Source: Eledone cirrhosa
Lineage: Eukaryota
Length of the DNA stretch: 64,000 nucleotides
Reading direction: 5' to 3'
Assembly: GCA_964016885.1 (NCBI GenBank)
Contig: OZ024740.1
Span: 82,460,001-82,524,000 of the forward strand
This document shows, piece after piece, positions 1 to 12,580 of the stretch. A program made the position numbers and the translations under genes. The notes below the pieces were generated by a model. That model ran no database searches, had not been told where the DNA came from, and saw only the letters and a program-made list of their open reading frames with translations. The number at the start of each line of letters is the position of its first letter. Position 1 is the first letter of the stretch.

Positions 1-1293
1 TCGCTTCCAGTTCCTTTCAATGTGTAAGTAGAGGGTGTTTCCAAATTTGTTTAGGACTTTAGTGTAGAGGGTGATTTCCAGGTATCCCATGACTAGGTTG
101 GCATACGTAGGGGCTGTTTTCGTTCCCATAGCGGTCCCAGATTTCTGCCTGTAGGGTTTGTTATTGAAAACGAAGTAATTGTTCTCCAAGATAAATTTGA
201 GTCCCTCTATCACGAATTCTTTTTTGATGCGTTGTGGGAGTTCATTGTGGAAGTTATCCAGCCAGAATTGGATAGCTTCTATTCCTAGGTTGTGGGGGAT
301 GTTGGAGTATAGGTTGACTACATCGAACGTCACTAGTAGGGTTTGTTCAGAAAGTGGCATATTAGGGAGGTGATTGAGCATATCTAGGTCGTCCCTTATA
401 TAGCTTTTGATGTGCTTGAGGAAGGGTTTGAGAAGGGTATCAATGAAGTTGCTAAGACGGTGCGTTTCGCAAGCGGGGCCTGCTATTATAGGTCTTAATT
501 TGAGATCATTGGGTGAGGGGACATTGATGACTATGTCTGTGGCTTCCTTGCATGCCTTACTGATTGATTCGCTTTTATGTACTTTAGGGATACCGTAGAA
601 AAGGCTGGATTTACTTGTGAAGTCTGTGATGAAGCTGAATTCCTTGTTAGTGAGTCCTTCTTTGTATTGGTTGATTAGAGTTTTTAGGTTTCTCATAATT
701 TTCTGTTGATTGTAGTGTTCAGTCTTTTCGTAGTATGTTTCGTTTTCCAAAGTGGAGAGCGCTAAGTTGATATAGAATTCTGTCTCCATTAGGACTACTG
801 TACTCCCTTTATCAGCCTCTTTAATTGTAATGGTTCTGTCGGTTTTTAATCTATTTAATTCTTCCCATTCTTTCTTGTTGAGGTTTGGCTTGTGTTTTTG
901 TCTGTGCAAGTGTTGGTAAGGGAAGTTTGTGATGTGTTCACAGAATTCGTCCAGGATTTTATTTCTACCTTTTGAAGGGGTGTAATTGCTTCTATTTCTG
1001 GCTAATGATTCATCCTCATTGTACTGGTCGAATAGTTGTTCACTAAGTCGTAACTTTCTACAGAAGTCTGTGATGTCTTCCTTCATTTCATAGTAGTTAG
1101 GACGTAGTGGGGTCGGTGTGAATTTAAGACCTTTGGAGAGTAAGTTGATAAGGTTGGGTGTTGGTTCTGCACTAGTAAGATTGATAATTTTTATTACTAT
1201 CGGTTTCTCCTCCCTGTCTTGTGTTATTTTGTTTGCCTGTATCTGTGTGCTTTGTCTAAAAAATGGTTGGGGTAGAGGGGTTGTCTGCTGATG
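1..1293 (-). mobile_element. Penelope-like element, RT N-terminal half (runs off the window start)
   Basis: Manual translation in one minus frame gives LSKGLKFTPTP (1140-1108), ITIKEADKG, FYGIPKVHKS (600-571), LVTFDVVNLYSNIP, QKSGTAMGTKTAPTYANL and ends ...WKR at base 1, just before the expected YxDD motif. Upstream stop at 1294-1296. Confidence 0.9.
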
Positions 1294-1406
1294 TTAAGTG
1301 GTCTCCTGTGCTTGTTATATTCCTTGTTGTTGTAAAATGTGGTTCGGGTTGGTGGTTGTAGATTGAATGGGGTGTTCCTGTACTGCGAGTATGGGTGTGT
1401 GTTTCT

Positions 1407-1570
<164 letters not shown>

Positions 1571-1994
1571 ACAAATGAATAATAACAGGTAGACATCATG
1601 TGCTTACAAATGTTTCCACGGTGGTACTGCAGCCTAGTTATGCTATGTGCAAATTTACAACTATTTGCAAAACTCAAATATCCAATGCTGTGACCACTCT
1701 ATCCTCAGAGCAGAATGGTTTAAATGTACAATGTAAATACCCTTAAGTGGGGTTGTTGGAGATGATAGAGTAGAAAAGGAAGAGAGAAAAGTAGAGGAGT
1801 GCGAGAGAGAGAGAAATATATGCATGGGTTGGAGAGATAGGAGAGAGTGGTTTGTAGATATCTTAATCAAAATGTTACGGTAGGGGTTTTATTATACTGG
1901 TTACATTTGGAGAGATGCGTTGATAGTTAAGGTCGGAATTATTTATTGCCCCAGAGGGCAGGTTCATAGATGTGGAGAGGGAGGTAAGCCAAAG

Positions 1995-2031
<37 letters not shown>

Positions 2032-2364
2032 TGTAATGGATGTAGAGATAGAGATAGAGAAGGAACAGACGAAGTCTATGTGGTGAGTGAACTCTGGGTT
2101 CGTAGTAGTAATCTGAGAATTGCACTGAGTTACCATTTATAGTGATAAGCAGTGTGGGGGAGGAGAAGGTGGTTAGCTAGAAACCGATGATATAGTTACG
2201 GGTTCGAATGTTAAGTTATTTTATAGTGAGAGAATTTAGCTTATATAATATATATATGTATATATATAATATATATATGTATATACTCTCATCTCGGGAA
2301 CAATTGAGAATAGCGCCTGTTCGTAATTTGAACTCAGGAATGTTATATTCTCCGAGTGAAAAGA

Positions 2365-2450
2365 ACCTTCTGACAAGAGTCTTTCTTTTCAATGGATGTC
2401 TGTAAGGACTATCCATTTATTTTTGAGACTTGAAACCGTACGGTAAAGGT
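2365..2450 (+). ncRNA. Type I hammerhead ribozyme with core substitution CTGACAA
   Basis: acctt-CTGACAA-gagtct...agactt-GAAA-ccgtacgg-TA-aaggt. Stem I is 5 bp and stem III is the palindrome ACCGTACGGT. Confidence 0.75.
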
Positions 2451-2557
2451 ACAGTGAATTAAAAAAAATTATTTAAACACTTTTTCTTATTTGCTAAACC
2501 TTGATTATGTATATATATATTGATATATATATATTTATATATATATAGATAGATGAG

Positions 2558-2591
2558 ATTCTACAGGACTAGAACTGTTTCATTCTTCAGA

Positions 2592-2593
<2 letters not shown>
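2558..2593 (-). ncRNA. Minimal hammerhead-like motif
   Basis: Reverse complement reads att-CTGAAGA-at-GAAA-cag-ttctagtc-ctg-TA-gaat. Stem II is nearly absent and stem I is weak. Confidence 0.5.
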
Positions 2594-2627
<34 letters not shown>

Positions 2628-2635
<8 letters not shown>

Positions 2636-2835
2636 ATACTTTGGGAGGGTCACGTTGCCAATAAGAAACACACGCACCTGTTGCTTTCACTTCAATTTAT
2701 TATAATAAATTGAAGTGAAAGCAACTGGTGCGTGTGTTTATTATTGGCAACATGACCCTCCCAAAGTATAACAATATCGGTTTCAACACACGATTTCAGA
2801 TAAAGAATCTTGCTAAACAAATTCAGAAACGAAAT
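2628..2835. repeat. Foldback element: near-perfect ~75-bp-arm palindrome plus ~58-bp tail
   Basis: 2628-2702 is the reverse complement of 2703-2777 with few mismatches. The same sequence recurs at 39124-39537 and 41735-42147. Confidence 0.9.
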
Positions 2836-3070
2836 ATATATATATATATAAATATATATATATATATTTTTTATTTATTAAATATATTTATTAAATATAA
2901 ATTCAGCGAGAATCGCATTTTGGCGGGTAGAAATAAGCGAAAGGCATGGACCAAAAAAGACCAGAGCAATAAACATAAGTTATAAAGTCCATACAAACTG
3001 AGAAGGCGGTTAAGAAGGTATCAACCACCTAAGCCAAAAAAAAAAAACGAGACAAGCTAAACGGGTCAAA

Positions 3071-3147
<77 letters not shown>

Positions 3148-3221
3148 AGTTGTAATAAAATGGAAACGAAATTTCATTTCTCACTCTTAGTATACATACA
3201 TACTTAGTATACATACATACT

Positions 3222-3260
<39 letters not shown>

Positions 3261-3397
3261 TTATTAAAATAACAGATTAAAGTTTAAGCTTTCACCCTTA
3301 TCGAGATCTTCTGAAACTAAAAAAATCAATCTTTGAACGCAGAAGTAAATATTTCAAAAAACGTTGCACCCGAAGGAAGACAGGAAGACGATACTTT

Positions 3398-3669
3398 GGT
3401 TCGTGGAAACGTTCCCTGGCAAAGAACGGGAAAAAAACCGAAGATAATACGTCATTATTTCTGTGCAGTGAAAAAAATTACACGCGAAGACAAAACCACG
3501 TTTATGGTATAAATGAAGTCGATGACTAATATTCTATTAGGTGGTTCATGGAAACGTTCTCTGGCAATGAACGGAAAAAAGGAATATAATACGTCCTTAT
3601 GTGGAGCAATGAGCACAATTACACGCACAGACAAAACCACGTAAATGGTATAACTGAAGTCGTAGACTA
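3398..3669. repeat. Diverged tandem duplication, ~145-bp unit
   Basis: tggttcgtggaaacgttcc...gactaa at 3398 and tggttcatggaaacgttct...gactaa at 3543. Confidence 0.8.
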
Positions 3670-3959
3670 AAATTATATTTAGGAAACCGAATGATTCTCG
3701 GTTTCAGAGTTAAGAATGAAGTAAATATAATACGGAGGTAGTTGAAATTAAATATATACATACACACATCCTTATACGTATATACACAAGCATACGCGAA
3801 ACCACTCCCCATAGGTATGCAAATACAAGGACGTACACAAAAAAAAAAACAATAAAACACACACACAAACGCGCACATACAGAACCCACGCCTGTACCGC
3901 ACACATACGAACGTATACACCAAATACACATAAAAAATGAATAAAACATATATATATAC

Positions 3960-3997
<38 letters not shown>

Positions 3998-4439
3998 ATA
4001 CATAATTAAATAAACGTATATACATATGCACACATAGATACGTATACAACGCGTGCACACACACACCCACATGTAAAGACACATATGTTCGCGGGCGTGC
4101 GTCAACCAAAGCACAAAGTACACCCACCCTACATACGTAAGAACTCGATAACTCACACAGACGCAAAATCACATAACCAAATGCGTATGTACCAGTATAT
4201 ATAATATATACGCCAATAACATATACAAGCAATTATACGTACGAGAAAATATACGTACCTTCACAAAACATACAGGTAATATATACTTACCTATACGAAT
4301 AGGTAATGGTATTAACAAAACATATACTTAGCTACCACATCAAGACGTGAAATATCCGCGTATAGCTCGTTCTATCCGTTAGGGTATAATGTGGGGCTGT
4401 AATACAATAAAGTTTTGTGCAATTTATCTTTACAAGCCG

Positions 4440-4733
4440 AAATTGCCTCAGATTTTTTGTTTAAGATCTTTGTTTAAGGTCGTTGGCTTAGAATATTTCC
4501 AGGGCCTCAGCGGCGCAGAGGTCACGTGGTCTTTTATTACCGTTATACAATCTATCCTTAGCTAGGATCTCCCAGTGTAACTTATATTGGGTGTGGTTGT
4601 CGTTTAGACTCCAGATATAAGCTGAAAGTGACGTCATATTCCTTCTTAAAGGGTTAAGAAAAGAATGGTTATGCTTGTAAAGACGCTGCTTGAATCTGTT
4701 GGCGGTTAAGCCTATGTAGGTCCTACAGGTCAT
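4440..4733 (-). mobile_element. PLE GIY-YIG endonuclease fragment
   Basis: ORF 4488-4733 has YIGLTANRFKQRLYKHNHSF...TSLSAYIWSL...LCAAEALEI, homologous to the GIY-YIG C-termini of the other PLEs in the window. Confidence 0.85.
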
Positions 4734-4744
4734 GTCCTTAGAAT

Positions 4745-5501
4745 TATGATATATTGCTCTGATTAATTAATTTATTAATTTTTCATTGAGCCACATCGTG
4801 AACGGTTGGCACATATATTTATGTGATTTTATGTATATGTAAATCTTTACATTTAATAATCTCCCGTTGGGTTGAGATGCAATTTGGGCGATATTGGGCT
4901 GCGCTTTCTAGCAACCAGCCTACTCGCCGTAAGCAACTAATCACATTCTTTCTAACTTGACCACTGCCACGTCACGATTCTTAGCCATTTTTTTAATCTA
5001 TTTCTGGCGGGATCGCTTTGGAAAATTAACTGTCCTATTGAGTTTGACTCCTGATGAGTTCGATACTCGAGATTTATCCTTAATAGGATATCTCAAAATA
5101 CGAACGACACCATGGTAGGGATATAATTACGGTATGTACGCATTTCTTCTAATTTTAATTTTATACCTAATTGTGTATGGTTGACGTTATATTTGGTCAG
5201 TTTCTACATGCTGTTGTAATGTTGGGTAAATACTCTATTGTGATCAACCGCGAAGAGGCTGCTTTCGGTTATTTATCAAATATTTCTTCATAGGAGCCTT
5301 TATTCTTATAGCCTGGTCTAATTGATTTTTTATATGGTTAATTATGCCAATTGGGAGGGGAAATAGTATATATTTTATCTAATAATTCTAAGAACATGAT
5401 ATATGATATATTTCTCTGATTATTTAATTTATTAATTCTTCATTGAGCCACATCGTGAACGGTTCCCACATATATATCTGTGACTGTATGTACATGTAAA
5501 T

Positions 5502-5506
<5 letters not shown>
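4745..5506. repeat. ~105-bp direct repeats (4745-4849, 5402-5506) bracketing an HHR-bearing unit
   Basis: ttcattgagccacatcgtgaacggtt occurs in both copies with an offset of ~657 bp. Confidence 0.8.
5047..5122 (+). ncRNA. Type I hammerhead ribozyme, degenerate (GACA for GAAA)
   Basis: ctc-CTGATGA-gttcg...cgaac-GACA-ccatgg-TA-ggg. Palindrome ACCATGGT; inner hairpin tatcct-taat-aggata in stem II. Confidence 0.7.
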
Positions 5507-5583
<77 letters not shown>

Positions 5584-6133
5584 AGGTAAATAGATCATTA
5601 GGTCGATATACTTATATCTGTATGTGGTTGACAGCTCAGAGAAAAGAGTACTCAATATCGAAATCATGTTTTTATGTTCATTTTATTAAGGCTAAATAGT
5701 GAGTCTTGTTGCTCTGGAGTTTCGCGTGTATATCTTAGTGTCATAAGACAAGAACATAGTCTGTTGACGTTGTGATTTCCTCTCGTATATTTTCGTCAAA
5801 TATTTCTATTTTAGTAGTCATATTCAAACATCTGTATCACACATGAGATTGCACTTATCAAACGATTAGAAAATTAAAATAAAGTTACGTACAAATCACG
5901 TTAAATATGATATATATTAATGTTAATTTGAGGAACTCGTAGTTATTCATATTTATACATATAGAGAATTACAGTACACAATGTATAAAAATCTCATACA
6001 TAATGAATTACAATTATTTACACACACGCATTTATATATATATATATATATATTATATATGAATAGTTCATTCTACTGCCATGGCTATACAAATGGGGCT
6101 TGTTTACATAATTGCAAACTAATCGAATGTTAT

Positions 6134-6324
6134 CGGTGGATTGGCAGTATTGGTAAAGGGTCGGACGCCATGCTTTCCAGCATAGTTACGTCTCTTTACG
6201 ATCTGAGTTCAAATCCCGCCGAGGTTGACTTTGCCTTTCATCCTTATGGGGTCGAAAAATTAAAGTACCAGTAATGCACTGGGTAAGTGCAGGCTTTGTG
6301 CCTAAATTAGAAACAATTATTAAT
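6134..6324 (+). mobile_element. tRNA-derived SINE
   Basis: A-box-like TGGCAGTATTGG, B-box GAGTTCAAATCC, shared body gactttgcctttcatcc...aaagtaccagt, (TTA)-type tail. Seven copies in the window. Confidence 0.85.
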
Positions 6325-6439
6325 ATTCGAAAAACTCAGATTACATTTATTGTATTCAGCCATGTAGAGCGAACATTTTCTTTTTTATTTGAATTTGGCA
6401 AAGACGGCCATTTATCGCTCGTATACAGGCAACTGACTG

Positions 6440-6545
6440 GCCAGTCTGCTGATATGCAAATCTGGCTGATCAGTAGATCTACTAATATGCAGATCTGATT
6501 GATCACCCAGTCTGCTAATATGCAAATCAGGCTGATCAGTCACTC
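6440..6545. repeat. Short imperfect tandem repeat, ~33-bp unit x3
   Basis: Variants of gtctgctgatatgcaaatctggctgatcagt repeated three times. Confidence 0.7.
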
Positions 6546-6607
6546 CATATTTTAGAAAATAGCATATATTTTCACTAGCTCTGACAGTTGGCAGATGAAC
6601 AGTGAGA

Positions 6608-6649
6608 TGTACTGATGAAGGGTGATACCCAGAAACATTAGTGTCTGCA
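6608..6649 (+). ncRNA. Type I hammerhead ribozyme
   Basis: tgta-CTGATGA-a-gggt-gat-accc-a-GAAA-cattagtg-TC-tgca. Intact core, GUC site, near-palindromic stem III ACATTAGTGT. Confidence 0.75.
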
Positions 6650-6727
6650 GTTCTGTTTACATGCCAACACAAGATCAATAACGAAGAGTTCATTCTGCTG
6701 ACATGGCTATAAAAATGAGGGTTGTTT

Positions 6728-6922
6728 GCGGTGGATTGGCAGTATCCGTATAGAGTCGGACGCTTTGCTTTGACGCAGAGAGTTACGGCAATTGCCATTC
6801 TGAGTTCAAATCCCGCCGAGGTTAACTTTGCCTTTCATCCTTACGGGTCGATAAAATAAAGTACCAGTAATGCACTGAGTAATTGCTGGCCTTGTGCCAA
6901 AAGTAGAAATAATTATTAATAT
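6728..6922 (+). mobile_element. tRNA-derived SINE
   Basis: Same family as 6134-6324. Confidence 0.85.
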
Positions 6923-7037
6923 TCGAAAAACTCAGATTATATTTATATATATATATATGAGAATACACACACACCTATGCACACACACACCCACTCACAC
7001 ACATACATAGACACACACACACTCATACACGAGCACG

Positions 7038-7146
<109 letters not shown>

Positions 7147-7736
7147 CAAAGATGGTGCGGTAAGGTACCAGGTGAACCATAAGGCACCAGAGTACTCAAT
7201 ATTTAGGGCAGTGGAGTGGGTAATAGGAAAAGGGTCCAGACTCTTTTCCTATATATATATGTATATAATCTTTTGCTCTCGGTAAGTAGTGAGTCTTGTT
7301 TGTAGACCCTCCGAATGCGGAGGTGTAACAGCAGAGTAACGAGATACAACTTAGCCACAATAAAGGGATATTTGTTTATGCTACTTCAGTATTCGATACG
7401 CTTTTCTCAAGTCTGTAGATTGTGTAGATACCGACACGTTATATTGCCAGCAATCTATTTCTATTGGTTGATATAAATAACTGAATCAAATTTCCTCATG
7501 CCTAACTACGTCAAAAACATATGTGTATAACGTGTATAAGTGTATATATGTGCGTATGTGTAAGTGGATGGATGTATGCATTGATGCTTGAATGTACAAG
7601 TATTCATGTATGCGCGTGACACTATGTACGTAAATATGCATGTATATATATATGTATGTTCCCAAGTAGTCTCAGTGGTGGGTGCACAGTTAAAATGGTA
7701 CATATGAAAGAATTATGGTCCTGTATAAGTTATATG

Positions 7737-7793
<57 letters not shown>

Positions 7794-8163
7794 ATATATA
7801 TATTCATATATGAATGGAACGGATTTGAGAGGTTCCGGGAGAGAAGTTCACGGATTGTACGTTTCTAAGTGTATCTGTTTGGATAATCCGACAACAAATC
7901 GGTGCTAGGATTAGACACACCACAAGGCAACTAGAAACGCAAGTACCATCCGAATGCAAATACTTGCATTGATTGAAGAATATCGCAGATTAAGAAGAAC
8001 CCTAACAAGCGTAAATGCAGATATTGTTTTCTCATATATTAAATCTCTACGAATAGCACATATTCTCTTTCTAATTTAATAAATATATATATATATTTAT
8101 ATATATTTATATACATATACAAACATACACAAACACATATATAAATATATGTGTGTGTGTGTT

Positions 8164-8193
<30 letters not shown>

Positions 8194-8199
<6 letters not shown>

Positions 8200-8425
8200 G
8201 TCCCAAAAATATATACACATATGTATTAGAATGGTGTTTAAGTGTTTACGTCGGACGCCATGCTTGGACGCAAAGAGTTACGGCCCTTTCCATTCTGAGT
8301 TCAAATCCCGCTGAGGTTAACTTTACCTTTCATCCTTACGGGGTCGATAAAATAAAGTACCAGTAATACACTGGGTAATTGCTGGCCTTGTGCCAAAAGT
8401 AGAAACAATTATTTAGGACACCCTA
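8194..8425. mobile_element. Tc1/mariner-type MITE remnant containing a SINE
   Basis: Inverted termini tagggtgtcc (8194-8203) and ggacacccta (8416-8425) in TA context. Confidence 0.55.
8250..8413 (+). mobile_element. tRNA-derived SINE, 5'-truncated
   Basis: B-box and family body are present. Confidence 0.85.
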
Positions 8426-8493
8426 TATAAATATATGTGCGAGTGTGTATATATATGTATAAATAAATTCCATGCGTAATATATATATATATA

Positions 8494-8540
<47 letters not shown>

Positions 8541-8570
8541 GTGTGTGTGTATGTGTGTATGTGTGTGTGT

Positions 8571-8632
<62 letters not shown>

Positions 8633-10810
8633 CGTGCGTCAGTGAGTGTCTGTGTCTGTGTGTCGATATACTCCCTTTGTGCGTGTGTTTTACCGATAGG
8701 CACATGTAGCCGGCATTCCTGTTAACGTTCAGCAAGTTGCCGGTTTTTACTTTCTGTAGTCTCCTCTGACAATCACACCCTGCACTCATCATCGTTTTCT
8801 TTACCTCTCCCAGTTGATTCTTCCCTGCTTATTACACAGGAGATCTTTGACATTCAGTCATATAGTTTTACTCTATGTTAATTCTACCATATCTTTCTAT
8901 CACTCCTTTCCACACCTTTCCCCATTCTCTCATAACGATCTGTCCTGTTCTCCCTCAGTCCCTTTCTCTCTATTTTTCTCTATTTCTCTACCTCCCTCCC
9001 GCCCTTCCCCATACTTGCGCCTTTAATTCCGTTCCATTAACTTTGATTTTCCCCATGCGTTTTTTTTCCTGCCACACCAATCACCACATTCTTCTACATC
9101 TTAGATACTCTTTCACTTTTTTTCTCTTCTTCCTCCCCCACCCATTTCTCTCTTATTATGCCACTGCATATTTTATAATTTTCAAATTTTCGTATTCTCG
9201 CTCTTATTTTCTGTCACTCTTTATTTTTAACGTCTCCCTAACTCCCACTCTATTTCTCTGTTAATTTATCAACTACCTATTATTTCTCTTGTCTTTCCGT
9301 TAATTTCCTTTATCATGCTGCTGCCCACCTCCCACATAATATCACCTTCCATTCATATTTATCTCTCTCTTCGTTCTGTCTATTCTCTTTCAATTTTTCC
9401 TTTCCTCTCTTCCCATCTTTTAGCTTCCATCTCACTACTATTTCATCGTCCTATGTTTTTTTATCAACATTCGTATTACTCCGTCTAACTTTCTCCACAC
9501 ACACACGCATACACCACACACATCATACACAAACACGTACACACTCAGATATACATATATAGATGTGTGTGTATCTATCTATCTATCTATCTCTTACTGT
9601 GTCTCTCTCCTTCTCTCTATGTATATATTTATATATATATATATATATAATTTTCTATATCTGCCTTGTATATATGACGCTTTCTGACATTCTCCTTTAA
9701 TATTTAATCGCATTCTCCTAACTTTCATATTCCATTTCTTTTACTTCCTAATAAACCTGCAAGAAACAACTTTCATTCTCTTTGTCTTGCTCCGTCTCAC
9801 TTTTCATATACTTATCTCACTTTATTTCTTCTTCCTCCCACTTTCTTCACCATATCGCTCTAATATCTGAGAATCGTGTTCATTTGTATCTTCTACCCCC
9901 ACCCCGTCTCTTTCTGAACTTCTCTCCCCTTTCTCTCCATTACTGACTACACTTTACTCTCTGCAACTATATACACACTTTCATCCAACTCTATAGTAAT
10001 AAACTTCGATACTCTCGTTGTCATCAAAACTAAACAGGTTCTTTACTATATTCATTTTCGCGTGTGCCCGAGCGCACACACATCAAAATCATGCACGCCA
10101 CATGCACACACAAACAGATACATACACAGACAATTCTGCCCACCGAACAGTTGGTCATTCGTTCAGTTTACAATCTCCTCTGTTCACGCTTTCTTTTTGC
10201 TCGCCTAGGCTGTCTTTCCTTCATGCATTATCCATGGAACTTGGTTTTCTAAGCGAAGCAATATTATATAAGAACTGTTTACTTGTAAAACAGGCTGGAT
10301 GCACGATTCTGCCCAGCAGTAACTACACTATAATTTATTAGTTGTTCTTGCCATAACACGAGACAACACGTTTTCTAAAACGACTACTGCAAAATAGACA
10401 GTCAGTCAGAGAGCAAGTATTGTATTTCGTAGTTTCACTAAATATACACATGCTAACAATGAGAGACTAAAAACGCATCATAACACAGAAATGTTTCTTT
10501 TTTTCTTTTTTTCTTTTTTAGAATATGAGCTACGCTCTTTTTGTCACTAATGACGACAATTTATTTTCTGTATTTGTTCGAAAATGATTTTCACCTGGAT
10601 GAAAAAAAAATAACAAAGTTCTACATAAATGCCTATAGGTTGGGAATTAAAAGAAAAAAAACAGTTTAAAAAAGTGAGATAAACATATAAGTTACACACA
10701 TACACACACAAACACAAACATACAAACACACATTCTCACACACAGACACAAAACACATACAATATATATATATTTCAGTTACGAGGCGATATATATATAT
10801 ATATATATAA

Positions 10811-10844
<34 letters not shown>

Positions 10845-11598
10845 CGATATATAGATAGACAGATAGATAGATAGATTTAGATATAGGTATAAAAATATGT
10901 AGATACGTCCTGAGTAATTGGTGGGAATAAATTTTAATGTATTATCCGAATAACCATGCTGGTGATTATAATGATGGTTACGATAATGTTTAAAAAAAGG
11001 TAATTTCATATTAAACAAGAAAAAAGGAAAATAATCGATAAAATAATTCAAACAACGATACAATCGAAATGTTTTTCTCGTTGTAGTGAAATACACAGTG
11101 TATACACGTTTCAATTAATTACATTTTATGGAATGACAAAAAAAAAATATATAGTAACTAAACTGGATGAAATGATATGTGACAGCAGGTGATATTTTCA
11201 TTAATAATTATATAACAAAGACTAATTTACCATTCGGCTGAGAATTTTCAGAATTTACACTGGACATATATTCAATTAATTATCGTGTGACATATAGGTT
11301 TGTTGTTCAGTTAAAAAAATTGAAGACATATATGTCAACTAAACAACGAAAAGGTAAGTGTCAAGAAACTTAATATAATTATTTGGATATTTTAAGAAAG
11401 TAGAACACATGTGGATACATTAAACATGTTTGAAATAGATTTTCCTTACACGAAAAGTTTTCAAGAACAATTCTTTCTTGCAGAGTGTTTATTTCTCCGT
11501 GTGTCTGTGTGTGTGCACCTAATTATATTGAGAATGTTTACATGTAAAGATATCATACTAGCACATACACCCCCATATATATATATATGTGTGTGAGA

Positions 11599-11645
<47 letters not shown>

Positions 11646-11913
11646 AATATATATATATATATTTATATATATCTTTATATATACATATATGTATCTTTAT
11701 ATATACATATATAGTAATAATAATAAATTTAAAGACTAAAATCCAAAGATATGGAAAGGTGAACGGGTGAAAACAGCGATTCTTTGCTTAAAATGTAATC
11801 TGTTATTTTAATATATATATATATATATATATATAAATATATACAAGAGTACAGCATATTCGATGTTCAAGTAGCAGCTAAGCCAACGAATACCTTCAGC
11901 ATATATATATATT

Positions 11914-11986
<73 letters not shown>

Positions 11987-12169
11987 TTGCCTGGGTAGTG
12001 AGTCATGAGCTTTGTTTAAACACCAGGATGTTCTAGGTTCGATCTTTCAGTGCACACTTTTCTTGGGAGAATGTGCTTTGCGATAGCTTGATCCCACGAC
12101 TACTTTGTCAGTGGAACTATGAAGGAGAAAGTGCAACTCCCGCCACACACACACACACACACACATGTA

Positions 12170-12221
<52 letters not shown>

Positions 12222-12223
12222 TA

Positions 12224-12287
<64 letters not shown>

Positions 12288-12295
12288 TATATATG

Positions 12296-12327
<32 letters not shown>

Positions 12328-12463
12328 TATATAATAGAACAAAACGAGGAACTTTCGTTTACATATGCAAAGGAATCTTCCCCGGCCCTTTCTATTATAT
12401 ATACTCGACATGTGCATAGAGTATTGATTTGGTACCGACACCATTAATTCACTGTATTACCCC

Positions 12464-12580
<117 letters not shown>

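Noticed and set aside
3282-3317. Minus-strand HHR-like motif gttt-CAGAAGA...GAAAGCTT-aaac, with related pieces at 11731-11810 and 14271-14352
   Set aside because: The core is altered at U4 and the homologs do not preserve the motif. Too degenerate to call.
6134-6215. tRNA gene
   Set aside because: The A and B boxes belong to a multi-copy SINE head and no cloverleaf could be formed.
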